64,000 nt of DNA from positions 310,001 to 374,000 of the IMG/VR virus record IMGVR_UViG_3300035182_002586; one strand, written 5' to 3'. Under the pieces are notes generated by a model that saw only the letters and a list, made by a program, of their open reading frames with translations, ran no database searches and was not told where the DNA came from. A program made the translations under genes and the position numbers. The number at the start of each line of letters is the position of its first letter. Position 1 is the stretch's first letter. Positions 27,617-36,325 of the stretch are shown here, piece by piece.

Positions 27617-28390
27617 ATGGACACGGCTACCCGCGTGGCGACGCGCTTCCTCCTCGCCACCACCGACATCACGAAGGAATACGTCGAGGAGTTGCTCCAC
27701 ACCAAGGGCTTGTCCCCGATGGCGCTGAGCAAGCTCAAGTCCGTCGCCTACCAGCTCGACATCGGGGGCATGGACGCCTTCCCGGCTGTGGAGTTGCCCG
27801 CCTTCCTGGAGGAGCGCGGTGTTGATGAGGAGTCCATCGAGACACTCAAGAAGGCGCTCACCAAGAAGCCACCGAAGCCGAAGACCGGGGTGTCGTTCAA
27901 CGACGCCTGGATGCAGCTCGGGCGAGCCACCGGCAAGAGCGTCATCTTCCAGGGCGGGCTGGAGCACCAGAAAGACGCAGCGAAGGGCGTCCTCGGTTGG
28001 ATCAAGGCCCTCAAAGGCTTGAAACCAAAGGCAAAGAGCGTCTTCGACAACATGGTCCACAAGATCCGCCTCCGCTCCGGGCGGGGCTCGGAAGACGCTT
28101 CGTGGGACAGCGGGGGCGTCCTTAGCCTCGTCGTCGAGAGCGGTACGCACTCCTCGGGCACCCTCGCGTTCTTCGTCACCCACGAGCTGGGCCACGCCGT
28201 CGAAGAGCACGCCCACGTGCACACACACGAGGCCCCGTGGGGGGCCCCGCCGTTCATCTCTGAGTACGCCGCCTCCAAGCCCTTCGTCGAGGACTTCGCC
28301 GAGTGCTTCCGTGCGTACGTCTTGGAGCCGAGTGCCTTGAAAAAGGCCAGCCCGGCGAAATTCGACGCGGTGAAAGCCCTCGTTGGGTAG
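27617..28390 (+). CDS. second HEXXH metallopeptidase-domain protein
   Basis: VTHELGHAVEE and SEYAASKPFVEDFAECFRAY; N-terminal TRVATRF. Confidence 0.75.
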   Translation: MDTATRVATRFLLATTDITKEYVEELLHTKGLSPMALSKLKSVAYQLDIGGMDAFPAVELPAFLEERGVDEESIETLKKALTKKPPKPKTGVSFNDAWMQLGRATGKSVIFQGGLEHQKDAAKGVLGWIKALKGLKPKAKSVFDNMVHKIRLRSGRGSEDASWDSGGVLSLVVESGTHSSGTLAFFVTHELGHAVEEHAHVHTHEAPWGAPPFISEYAASKPFVEDFAECFRAYVLEPSALKKASPAKFDAVKALVG

Positions 28391-28618
28391 TCAGCCGGGG
28401 CCGAAGCTCGCCGTCGTACCCCCAAAGAGCGCTTTCACAAGGCGATAGGTCACACTCCCGCTGAGCCCGGCGAACGCGCCGAAAGCGATACGGGTTACCC
28501 CGGCCACCCCCGGCAGCATGAAGCCAGGGGAGAACACGAGCGCTCCCGTGAGAGGCAAGAGCAAGGGCTCGCAGAGGATGACCCACCGAGGCATGCGCCA
28601 CGGCACCTCGACAACCAC
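28391..28618 (-). CDS. small hydrophobic, probably membrane protein
   Basis: Hydrophobic segments VILCEPLLLPLTGALVF and IAFGAFAGL. Confidence 0.4.
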   Translation of the reverse strand: MVVEVPWRMPRWVILCEPLLLPLTGALVFSPGFMLPGVAGVTRIAFGAFAGLSGSVTYRLVKALFGGTTASFGPG

Positions 28619-28619
28619 C

Positions 28620-28766
28620 TCACGGTAGGTGTCGATCCCACGCGGAGGCTCCCGCTTGCTTAGCGTCCCGCGCGAGAACGTGAAGCAGCCTGCGCAGCCA
28701 GAAGCCGATGAAGCTCGCGATCCCGAACAGGATCAGCGTGGGCCACGAAAGCAGCAGGTCTGGCAC
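28620..28766 (-). CDS. small single-TM protein
   Basis: GTG start 10 nt after GGTGTA; LLLSWPTLILFGIASFIGFWLRR. Confidence 0.55.
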   Translation of the reverse strand: MPDLLLSWPTLILFGIASFIGFWLRRLLHVLARDAKQAGASAWDRHLP

Positions 28767-28805
28767 GCCTCTACTGTACACCGTCTGTGGTGTACCTGCC
28801 GGCGC

Positions 28806-29057
28806 ATGGGCTACCACCTGCGTGAGATCGAGACGAAGGGCTTCTACGGCGACCCCTCCAAGATCCGTGAAGAGCTGGAGGAACTCGAAGAGTCGCTCGA
28901 CCAAGACAACCGCATCCTCGCCCTCGTCGAGCTGTCAGACCTGTACGGCGCCCTCGAAGGGGTCGCCGAGAAGCTCGGTTCCAACATGGAGGAGCTGCGC
29001 AAGATGTCGGACGCGACGAAGCGGGCCTTCCGTGATGGCTCCCGGAGGTCGAAGTGA
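28806..29057 (+). CDS. MazG-like nucleotide pyrophosphohydrolase-fold protein
   Basis: KIREELEELEE...LVELSDLYGA (ExxE/ExxD helices). Confidence 0.6.
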   Translation: MGYHLREIETKGFYGDPSKIREELEELEESLDQDNRILALVELSDLYGALEGVAEKLGSNMEELRKMSDATKRAFRDGSRRSK

Positions 29058-29623
29058 TCAACTGGAGCGCCATCGGGGAGGCCGTCCAGTACTACCGACG
29101 TCACGGCTTCACGTACGTCGAGGTCCCATGGATCGTTCCCCGTGCAGTGATCGACGTCACCATCCCCCCGGGACACGTTCCCCACGAGACCACGGGTGGG
29201 GCCCTCGTCGGTTCCGCAGAGCAGTCTTTCGTCGCGATGATGCTCGACGGCCAGCTCAAGCGAGGCGAAAGCTACGTGGCTGCATCCCCCTGCTTCCGGG
29301 ATGATCCCCCGGACCGTCTCCATCAGACCACGTTCTTCAAGGTCGAGCTGGTCTACATCTCCGATGGCCAGGACCCGTGGGACGAAGACCTCAAGAGAAA
29401 GTTCGCGCACGGGATGGCGCTGACCGCACAGAGGTTCTTCCACTCCACCCTGCTCCCTAAGGGCTCTCCGGCTACAAGCATCGTCCAGACAGCAGACGGC
29501 TACGACATCGAGTACCAAGGCATCGAGCTTGGGAGCTACGGCGTCCGGGGACACAACGGCTGGACGTGGGTTTACGGCACCGGCCTCGCCGAACCTCGCT
29601 TCTCCATCGCCACCAAGGGCTGA
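29054..29623 (+). CDS. class II aminoacyl-tRNA-synthetase-like catalytic domain, no anticodon-binding domain
   Basis: GFTYVEVPWI (motif 1-like), SPCFRDD...HQTTFFKVEL (motif 2), IELGSYG...GTGLAEPRF (motif 3); GTGA overlap with the upstream gene. Confidence 0.75.
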   Translation: MINWSAIGEAVQYYRRHGFTYVEVPWIVPRAVIDVTIPPGHVPHETTGGALVGSAEQSFVAMMLDGQLKRGESYVAASPCFRDDPPDRLHQTTFFKVELVYISDGQDPWDEDLKRKFAHGMALTAQRFFHSTLLPKGSPATSIVQTADGYDIEYQGIELGSYGVRGHNGWTWVYGTGLAEPRFSIATKG

Positions 29624-29658
29624 CCGTACCCGCACACACGGCACGGGATGATGCGCAT

Positions 29659-29805
29659 TCAAGACGGGAGCGGTCGCCCCGTCTCGTGCGAGATCCCGTT
29701 GTCCGTGCAGACGCAGGCGCTCTCGTTCCCCGCCCACACCCCGCACGTCGACGACATGGGGTCCAGGGTGCACGGGCACAGGGAGGCAGTGGCGTCGCTC
29801 TTCAT
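29659..29805 (-). CDS. 48-aa Cys-rich peptide
   Basis: Manual: MKSDATASLCPCTLDPMSSTCGVWAGNESACVCTDNGISHETGRPLPS; ATG 10 nt after GGTGTA. Confidence 0.4.
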   Translation of the reverse strand: MKSDATASLCPCTLDPMSSTCGVWAGNESACVCTDNGISHETGRPLPS

Positions 29806-29861
29806 GGGAGAGAAGTACACCGGCCGCGTCAGAGATCGCTCCGCCCCTGCGTCTCTCGGGC

Positions 29862-30359
29862 ATGACCCACAACCCCCGCCACAACCCCTTCGGTTACTAC
29901 GCCCGCCTGGAAGACCCCACCCTGCTGCAAGCCAGCCTCGTGGGGGTCGTCCAAGGGCTTGCCGAGGATAGCTCCCCCGCCAAGAACCCCAACGAGTTCT
30001 CCCTGCCCATGGTGGTGGCCGGGGATACCATCCGCGCTCACTTCGAGGTCCCTGAGGTTCTCGAAGAGTGGCTCCTGAGCCACTCCGATGACGGCCCGCG
30101 TACGGCCGTCTCCCTCCACACGCGACTGATCGCGGACGGGGTGCTGCACCTCACGCTCTCGACTGCGGCCCTCGACGCAGAGACGCTCTACCTCCTCACG
30201 GAAGAGTTGCAGAGCATGCTCACCACCCTGGTGGTCATCTACGACGTGCCCGACAACGACCCGCTGGTGATGACGGCCGAGCAGGTCATCTCGGTCGCGA
30301 ACCGGGTTCTGGCGAAGTACGTGACCGACCTTCTCATCCGCGAGTTGACCTCGAACTAG
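29862..30359 (+). CDS. hypothetical protein
   Basis: 165 aa, high GC3. Confidence 0.7.
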   Translation: MTHNPRHNPFGYYARLEDPTLLQASLVGVVQGLAEDSSPAKNPNEFSLPMVVAGDTIRAHFEVPEVLEEWLLSHSDDGPRTAVSLHTRLIADGVLHLTLSTAALDAETLYLLTEELQSMLTTLVVIYDVPDNDPLVMTAEQVISVANRVLAKYVTDLLIRELTSN

Positions 30360-30451
30360 AGACGGGTAGGATTCCCCTATGCCCTCGCTGCCCCACCTGC
30401 GGCCCTCCGTCACTCTCGCGCGCCTGACGGGCGCGCGGAGTGGAGGAAATC

Positions 30452-30748
30452 ATGTCGCATCGAGGGGATCGAAGGGATCGGACCACCCGCTACGCTAGAC
30501 GTGCGCGTCAGGTCTGGGTGTCGTTCGGCTACAAGCCCCACCCCATCGGGTGGTTCGCCAAGGGAAAGGCCATCGGCTGCCGGTGCCGGCGTAGCCCGAA
30601 AGGTAACCCCAAGGTGCCGGGGTCGCTCTGCCACGTGGGCAACCATCGCTTCCATGAGACCGTGATGGAGCGCATCGAGGGCAAGCGCCTGTGCCGCGCA
30701 TGGCAGCGGAAGCTACTGGCGGAGGACCCGCTAGACGTGGAGCTGTGA
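30452..30748 (+). CDS. small Arg-rich, Cys-containing protein
   Basis: GGAGG then ATG at 30452. Confidence 0.55.
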   Translation: MSHRGDRRDRTTRYARRARQVWVSFGYKPHPIGWFAKGKAIGCRCRRSPKGNPKVPGSLCHVGNHRFHETVMERIEGKRLCRAWQRKLLAEDPLDVEL

Positions 30749-30976
30749 GACCGCTCCGGGGCCGCCGCTGAGGTCCTGAACGGGCTCCCCACACACAGGA
30801 CACGGCTTGGTGCGCGCCTGCCACGCCTTGATCTGTGCTTCCGTGTACCACACGCCGCCCGCCATGTAGATACGCTCCCCATCGACCTTGTAGCTGCACC
30901 CACCGCAGCGGAACGGGGAGATCATGTGGAGCGCGATGTGACGGCGCTCTTCGGGGGTCGTCTTCGATAGGTCCAT
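30731..30976 (-). CDS. small CxxC/CxxC protein
   Basis: MDLSKTT...RCGGCSY...PCPVCGE; divergent from 31016. Confidence 0.55.
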   Translation of the reverse strand: MDLSKTTPEERRHIALHMISPFRCGGCSYKVDGERIYMAGGVWYTEAQIKAWQARTKPCPVCGEPVQDLSGGPGAVSQLHV

Positions 30977-31015
30977 GGCCTCACTGTAACACCGGGTCTG
31001 GTGTAAGGGAGAGGC

Positions 31016-31762
31016 ATGAAGAAGCACCTGGAAGAAGCTCTCCGACGTTTCGAGGAGGACTGGAAGCCGCTCACGGAGAGGGTTCTCGACAAGGTGCTGC
31101 CCCTCCCCGGCCCGAAAGAGCTGGGGCGCTCGGAGTACAACGCCCTCCCCATGGAGGACTTCCTCGACGAGATGGAGGGAGAGGTCTACACGTGGGAGGC
31201 GTGGGGGGCCGAGATGCGCCGGGACTACCCCGTGGCGTGGTTCTTTCGCAAAGAAGTCCCCAAGCCCTTCCGTCGTGCGTGGAGAAGGGTCGACGACACC
31301 ATCTACTGGCTCAAGTGCCACACGCTTCCGAGCTACCGCTTCCACATCCTCGACCTTCGCAACCCCGGGGGTGGAGACGAGTGGGAGTACGGCTGGCGTG
31401 ACCGGAGTGCGGTGATGCTCTGGGCCTGCTTCAAGATTCTCGTCGAGTTCGTGGAGAAGGAAGAGCCGAGCGACCTGGAGTCCTACTGCGCGGGCAAGAC
31501 CGAGGAGCAGATCCGAGAAGAGGTCGGAAGCCAGCTCGATACTCACCGGGAGATGATGTCCCTCTACCGCTGGTGGAAGACGGAGCGGGAGGCGGAAGCG
31601 AAGCAGGTCGATGAGATGTTCGAGCGCTCGAAAGCGGCGCCGGACAAGAAGACGAGCCGCGCGCTTCGAGATGCTTGGTTCGAGGCGGACCAAGCCCGGG
31701 ACAGGAAAGATCAGGTTCAGCTCCAGAGGCTCGTCGCGATTCGAGGGTACCTCTGGACGTGA
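31016..31762 (+). CDS. hypothetical Trp-rich protein
   Basis: 248 aa; GGTGTA plus GGGAGAGG upstream. Confidence 0.75.
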   Translation: MKKHLEEALRRFEEDWKPLTERVLDKVLPLPGPKELGRSEYNALPMEDFLDEMEGEVYTWEAWGAEMRRDYPVAWFFRKEVPKPFRRAWRRVDDTIYWLKCHTLPSYRFHILDLRNPGGGDEWEYGWRDRSAVMLWACFKILVEFVEKEEPSDLESYCAGKTEEQIREEVGSQLDTHREMMSLYRWWKTEREAEAKQVDEMFERSKAAPDKKTSRALRDAWFEADQARDRKDQVQLQRLVAIRGYLWT

Positions 31763-31896
31763 GAGGTTCGGCGCCGTAGAACTGAGTCAATCCGCGGGGG
31801 TCACGATCCTATTGCCCCTTCGGGGTTGTCTTCGGGTCGGCTCGGGCCTGAGACGAACGCGGGCTGCGATCACTCCCTGGTACTGTCCCGTGCTCA

Positions 31897-31932
31897 CGAA
31901 GGTCACTCACAACGCGTTGTGAGTGACCTTCG
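31897..31932. repeat. perfect 36-bp palindrome
   Basis: CGAAGGTCACTCACAACG|CGTTGTGAGTGACCTTCG between convergent genes. Confidence 0.95.
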
Positions 31933-31939
31933 GCTTATT

Positions 31940-32887
31940 TCAGGGGAGGGTTCGGGGGCGCCCCACCTGACGAGGGTGTTGGATGCCGTGTTCGACGAGA
32001 TGCCGTCGCACGGTCGTCTCGGTCTGTCCTAGCTCCCGCGCGATGCGCTTGATGGGGACTCCCTTCGCGGACATCTCCCGGAGCACCTTCGGCGTGAGCA
32101 CCTGCCTGACCTGGTAGTGCGGCCCCTGAAAGCCGAAGGTGAGCTTGTGGGTCATGCACTCTGGCATGTGGGGCTTCACGAGGGCGATGAACCGGAGAGC
32201 CTGCTCTTCCCCCTCCAGGTGGAAGACTCCAGTGTTCCCCTTGCAGACCTCCCATCGGGGACGAAAGCCAAACTGGTCGAAGACACCCATCGCGATGCCC
32301 TGACTCACGGGGTCCATGCCGAAGGTGATGCGAGGCCACCAGCCTACCGAACCGTCGTCCATGAACCACACGGCTAGGACGAGACTGTCTACGACGTGGA
32401 GGACCTCCCGGGTAAGGTGCTTCGGGCCATCCCCGTCATAGAAGCGCTCATGCCACTCGACCAGGCTCGCATGGGAAACTGTGTGGAAGCGCCACCCGGG
32501 GAATTCACGCCCTTCCCTGCGCCACACAACAGGGGCTAGAGGGGCTTGCACCCACTGACCCCACTCCCTGGCTTTCCACTCGATGTACGCGTGCTGCGCG
32601 TCAGAGTGGTTCTCCTGATAACGAGCTGCATGAGGCGTTCGCGAGAGACGGCCATCACCGAGCATCGATCCCACCAGGATGGACTGGAGGCGCCCCTCAA
32701 TAGGCGTGACGGTGTTCCTCTCTGCACGCTCCAGCGTCCGAATGCCATAATGCTTCCGCCAAGAACGCACCCTTTTCAGGGTCGTGGGTTCTCCGAGGCG
32801 AGTGACGATCTCTTCGTCGGTCAGCTTCTCTTCGATGTACAGGCGAGCGAGTTCTTCGGGGGGTACGGGGCACTCGATACGACGCAT
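31940..32887 (-). mobile_element. free-standing LAGLIDADG homing endonuclease with flanking HTH-like segments
   Basis: ILVGSMLGDGRL and LVLAVWFMDDGS; downstream of the major capsid gene; ATG 10 nt after GGTGTA. Confidence 0.88.
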
Positions 32888-32908
32888 ACCGATAGTGTAC
32901 ACCACGTT

Positions 32909-32944
32909 GACGCTTTCGTCCTCAAGTGCTGTGACGAAAGCGTC
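32909..32944. repeat. 12-bp inverted repeat upstream of the LAGLIDADG gene
   Basis: GACGCTTTCGTC-N12-GACGAAAGCGTC. Confidence 0.85.
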
Positions 32945-32956
32945 TGGCGCCTTTTC

Positions 32957-32994
32957 AAAACGTCGAAGGCCGGTCCCTTTCGGAACCGGCCTTC
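32957..32994 (-). terminator. intrinsic terminator after the major capsid gene
   Basis: Minus strand GAAGGCCGGTTCC-GAAA-GGGACCGGCCTTC-GACG-TTTT. Confidence 0.75.
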
Positions 32995-33026
32995 GGAGCT
33001 TCTAGCCTGTTCTCAGGCCACTTCTA

Positions 33027-33959
33027 TCAGAAGCGGCTGATCACGAGACGGGTCAGGCCACGGGGGTTGAACGCCCCAATGCCGATGTTTTCGAAGCAAG
33101 AGAATCCGATCGTCCGGTTCTTCGGGTCGTCGGCGCTGAGCACGGTCAGCTCCGTACGAACCGGGAAGCGGCCGAAGTTCTCCGGCTCTGCGCACACGTA
33201 CACGAACCCGACCGGCACGAGGCGGCTCGTGATGATCTGCGCGCCCCAGAGGACGGCCTGGAGGCCCGTCTTGAGGAGGGTTGCCTGCGACTCGATGTCG
33301 AGGATGTCGCGGCCGAACTTGCGGATGTCCGCGTAGTCGACTGCGTTCATGTAGATGCGTGCCACGCGGAGGTCGTGGCGCTCGATCTCGGCGAACGCGT
33401 CCGCGAGGACCGACGGCGAGATGGGGGCGACCACGGCCACGTCCGGGTTCGTCTGACCCGGGAGGGTGTCGAAGCCCGACACCGCGATGCTGTCGAGGAC
33501 TGCGAAGACGCGCTCGTCTTCCGCCGCCTGGATCTGCGCCTTCGCGAGGTCCTGGCTGCGCTCGATCAGGTCGAAGCGACGCTCCTTGATCTGCGTGAGC
33601 GGGATCTCCGGGTTCGAGGCGATCTCGAACAGCGGGAAGATCACGCGGCGCGGCTTCTGGACGGCGAGGATGTTCTCGCCTTCCTCGCCGACGACGAAGG
33701 CCGTGACGTCCGGGTCCTTGTCATAGATCGGGAGTGCCCCGTCCGGAAGCTGCTCCACGAGGAAGGTCTTGCGACCGACCGCCGTGTAGTCGCGACGGAG
33801 GCGGAGCGGCTGGATCATCGATGCTGCGAGCTTCGCGCGGCCAGCGGCCGTCTTGATGTACTCGCTGATGATCGCCTGCTTGGTCTCGTTGGAGACCACC
33901 ATCTGCTGCTGGGCGACCGGGGAGAAGCCGCCCATCATCTGCTGCTGCGTCTGGAACAT
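33027..33959 (-). CDS. major capsid protein (HK97-fold expected)
   Basis: GRAKLAASMIQPLR..DY..VGR..VEQLPDGALPIYDKD, FEIASNP, AEDERVF; follows protease, scaffold and a decoration-like gene; followed by a terminator. Confidence 0.8.
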   Translation of the reverse strand: MFQTQQQMMGGFSPVAQQQMVVSNETKQAIISEYIKTAAGRAKLAASMIQPLRLRRDYTAVGRKTFLVEQLPDGALPIYDKDPDVTAFVVGEEGENILAVQKPRRVIFPLFEIASNPEIPLTQIKERRFDLIERSQDLAKAQIQAAEDERVFAVLDSIAVSGFDTLPGQTNPDVAVVAPISPSVLADAFAEIERHDLRVARIYMNAVDYADIRKFGRDILDIESQATLLKTGLQAVLWGAQIITSRLVPVGFVYVCAEPENFGRFPVRTELTVLSADDPKNRTIGFSCFENIGIGAFNPRGLTRLVISRF

Positions 33960-34006
33960 GTTCTGGTCCTTTACCTTTCAGCCGGGTCTGGGTTGATCGG
34001 GACCGA

Positions 34007-34636
34007 TCAGACCCGAACGTCCAGGACGAGGAGAGAGTTGTTCGCGTCGGGGGCGACCTTGCAGACGCCCATGAGGGTCACGAACTTGAGGTCGTTCTGA
34101 CCGGCGACCTGATACTCGTACGCGTCTTCGAGGACGTTCGTGAGCAGGCCGTTGACCGAGGCGAAGAGCATGTCGCCCGGCTGGAAGGTGATCGCGGCCG
34201 AGCCGGTGATCTGGTGCTTCGTCTCGTAGACCGAGACGCCGATCGTCGAGCCCGAGCCGCAGACGTACGGGCCACGGCCCGATGCGACGCCGGGGGTGTT
34301 CTCGAACGCGTTGCCGAGCGCGTCGTTGATGAAGAACCCGAGGGGCTTCATGCGCGCGTCGTACGCCGACGAGACCTTGACCGGACCGCCGACGAATCCG
34401 TTGCCGAAGTCGTAGCGGGGGAAGGCGATCGAACCGCCGAGAACGCCAGCCTTGACGATCCCTGCGAGAGTGGTGGACTTGTTGGCCGCCGCGGTGACGA
34501 TGGGGGGGTTGGCCTGCGTGAACGCATCCGGCGTCAGAACACCCTGCGAGTTGCGGGTGACGACGTAGAAGAGCTGCACGCGACCAGAGGTCTCCCGAAA
34601 GTCACCCGAGGACTGGCCGCCGAGGGGGGATGCCAT
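34007..34636 (-). CDS. putative capsid decoration/minor head protein
   Basis: Gly/Val-rich beta-type protein immediately upstream of the MCP; KPLGFF...GVCKVAP. Confidence 0.55.
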   Translation of the reverse strand: MASPLGGQSSGDFRETSGRVQLFYVVTRNSQGVLTPDAFTQANPPIVTAAANKSTTLAGIVKAGVLGGSIAFPRYDFGNGFVGGPVKVSSAYDARMKPLGFFINDALGNAFENTPGVASGRGPYVCGSGSTIGVSVYETKHQITGSAAITFQPGDMLFASVNGLLTNVLEDAYEYQVAGQNDLKFVTLMGVCKVAPDANNSLLVLDVRV

Positions 34637-34770
34637 TGTTGAATCTCCTGCGACAGTGGAACTGGGGTGGCTTTTGATTCGATTCGATCTTAGCACCCAC
34701 TAAGTGGGTGATTGACTCGTCGTGATGAAGGGCGGCGCGCCGAAGCGGGACGCCCTTCATCCCGGGGCGG

Positions 34771-36282
34771 TCAGGAGTTCCTGGGGAGTCCGAACGCCTC
34801 GCTGACGTCGGGGGCCGACGACCAGAGGGACGTGAGCTTGCCGATCTCGCCACCGCCGCTCGGAGCTGCGGGGGCTCCACCGACGCCGCCGATCTTGGCG
34901 ACGCCACCGGTCGGGCGAGTGCCGACGGTGCGGTTCGAGGCAGTGCGCATCGCGTGCTGCGAGGCCGTCTTCTGACCCTGCGCCTGCTGTGCTTCCTGCA
35001 CTTCCTGCTGGCCGGCGAAGAGGGTCTTGAGCACGTCGTCGTCGCTGGAGAGGACGACTTCGCCCACGTCCATCGAAGCCGGTTCGAGCTGGATCTCGCC
35101 CATCATCTCGGCAGCCGGAGCCGGCCCACCGAGCATCTGGTCGAGGAGCTGGTCATCGGCGTTGGTGAACGCCTGCTGACCCTGCTGCGCCTGCTGCGCC
35201 TGCTGCGCGTAGGTCGCGGCCTGCTGCGCAGCCTGCTGCGCGGCCTGCTGTGCCTGGATGGCAGCCTGCTGCGCCTGCTGTGCCTGCTGCTGGAGCGCGG
35301 CCTGCTGTGCCTGCTGTGCCTGCTGTGCCTGCTGTGCCTGCTGTGCCTGGATGGCGACCTGATCCTGCTGCGCCATCACCTGCTGACCGCCGGACTGCAC
35401 GGCGACCATCGGCTGCTGCCCGGCCATCGCCTGCTGGAGCGCCTGCTGAACCATCGACTGGATGGCGGCCTCCATCTGCTGAGCCTGCTGAGCCTGCTGA
35501 GCCTGCTGAGCCTGCTGAGCCTGCTGAGCCTGCTGAGCCTGCTGAGCCTGCTGCTGGAGCGCGGCCTGCTGGCTCGCCATCACGGGGGCCTGCTGCTGCG
35601 CCTGGAGCTGCGCCTGGACCATCGACTGGATGGCGGCCTGGATGGCCGTCATGTCGCCCGACTGGATGGCAGCCTGGAGCTGGGCGTTGGTGAACGCCTG
35701 CTTCTGACCCTGCTCCTGCTGGCCCTGGTCCTGCTGGCCCTGGTCCTGAGCCTGCTTCGCCTGCTCCTGACCCTTCGCCTGCTCCTGACCCTTCGCCTGC
35801 TGGTCCTGAGCCTGCTTCTGGCCCTGGTCCTGCTGGGCCTGCTGGCCCTGGTCCTGCGCGAGACGCGCGTGCGTCGCGATCAGGTTGGCGTCGGGGAGGT
35901 ACATGAGGGCGACGGCCTGATCCTCGACGGCGGCCTCGGTGGCCTTCGAGCCGAGCATCATCCGCGCGGTCGTCGTCGCGAGGTCCGCCTTCTTGATGAG
36001 GAGGCCCTGATCGGCCGCCGTCTTCTCCGGGTGGTTGAACGTCTCGGGACGGAAGGCCGGGAGGCCGATCTCGTCACGCTTCGTCTGACCACCTGCGTAC
36101 TCGACGGACCAGTCGTTGGGGTGGACGTCCTCGGCGAAGGTCGAGGGGTCACCCGTCACGTACTTGTCTGCCGGCGGCTGGACCTTCACGTGGTCCTGGT
36201 TCATGAGGTACGGATCGGCGGTCTTCACCACCGAAGCCTTCTTGGCGATCTCCTGATCGTTCCAGGTCGAGCGGACGCGCAT
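34771..36282 (-). CDS. putative capsid scaffolding protein with Gln/Ala low-complexity core
   Basis: Lies between protease and MCP; long AQQ and QDQGQ repeats. Confidence 0.6.
   Translation of the reverse strand: MRVRSTWNDQEIAKKASVVKTADPYLMNQDHVKVQPPADKYVTGDPSTFAEDVHPNDWSVEYAGGQTKRDEIGLPAFRPETFNHPEKTAADQGLLIKKADLATTTARMMLGSKATEAAVEDQAVALMYLPDANLIATHARLAQDQGQQAQQDQGQKQAQDQQAKGQEQAKGQEQAKQAQDQGQQDQGQQEQGQKQAFTNAQLQAAIQSGDMTAIQAAIQSMVQAQLQAQQQAPVMASQQAALQQQAQQAQQAQQAQQAQQAQQAQQAQQMEAAIQSMVQQALQQAMAGQQPMVAVQSGGQQVMAQQDQVAIQAQQAQQAQQAQQAQQAALQQQAQQAQQAAIQAQQAAQQAAQQAATYAQQAQQAQQGQQAFTNADDQLLDQMLGGPAPAAEMMGEIQLEPASMDVGEVVLSSDDDVLKTLFAGQQEVQEAQQAQGQKTASQHAMRTASNRTVGTRPTGGVAKIGGVGGAPAAPSGGGEIGKLTSLWSSAPDVSEAFGLPRNS
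35476..35547 (-). repeat. 9-bp in-frame tandem repeat (AQQ x ~8); further AQQ/QDQ arrays span ~35170-35860
   Basis: (ctgctgagc)n on the plus strand. Confidence 0.9.
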
Positions 36283-36325
36283 TTTCAGGTAACCTTTCCT
36301 CGCACTGAGAGTCTGATAAAAGGAT

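Noticed and set aside
28391-28766. Holin/spanin lysis cassette
   Set aside because: Two small hydrophobic ORFs only; no endolysin or lipobox nearby.
31850-31865. Hammerhead ribozyme core (CTGAGACGAA)
   Set aside because: Does not match CUGAnGA...GAAA and stem II is missing.
35170-35860. Tandem repeats as a CRISPR array (also 42927-42998)
   Set aside because: Units are 9 or 18 bp, in-frame, without unique spacers; no cas genes.
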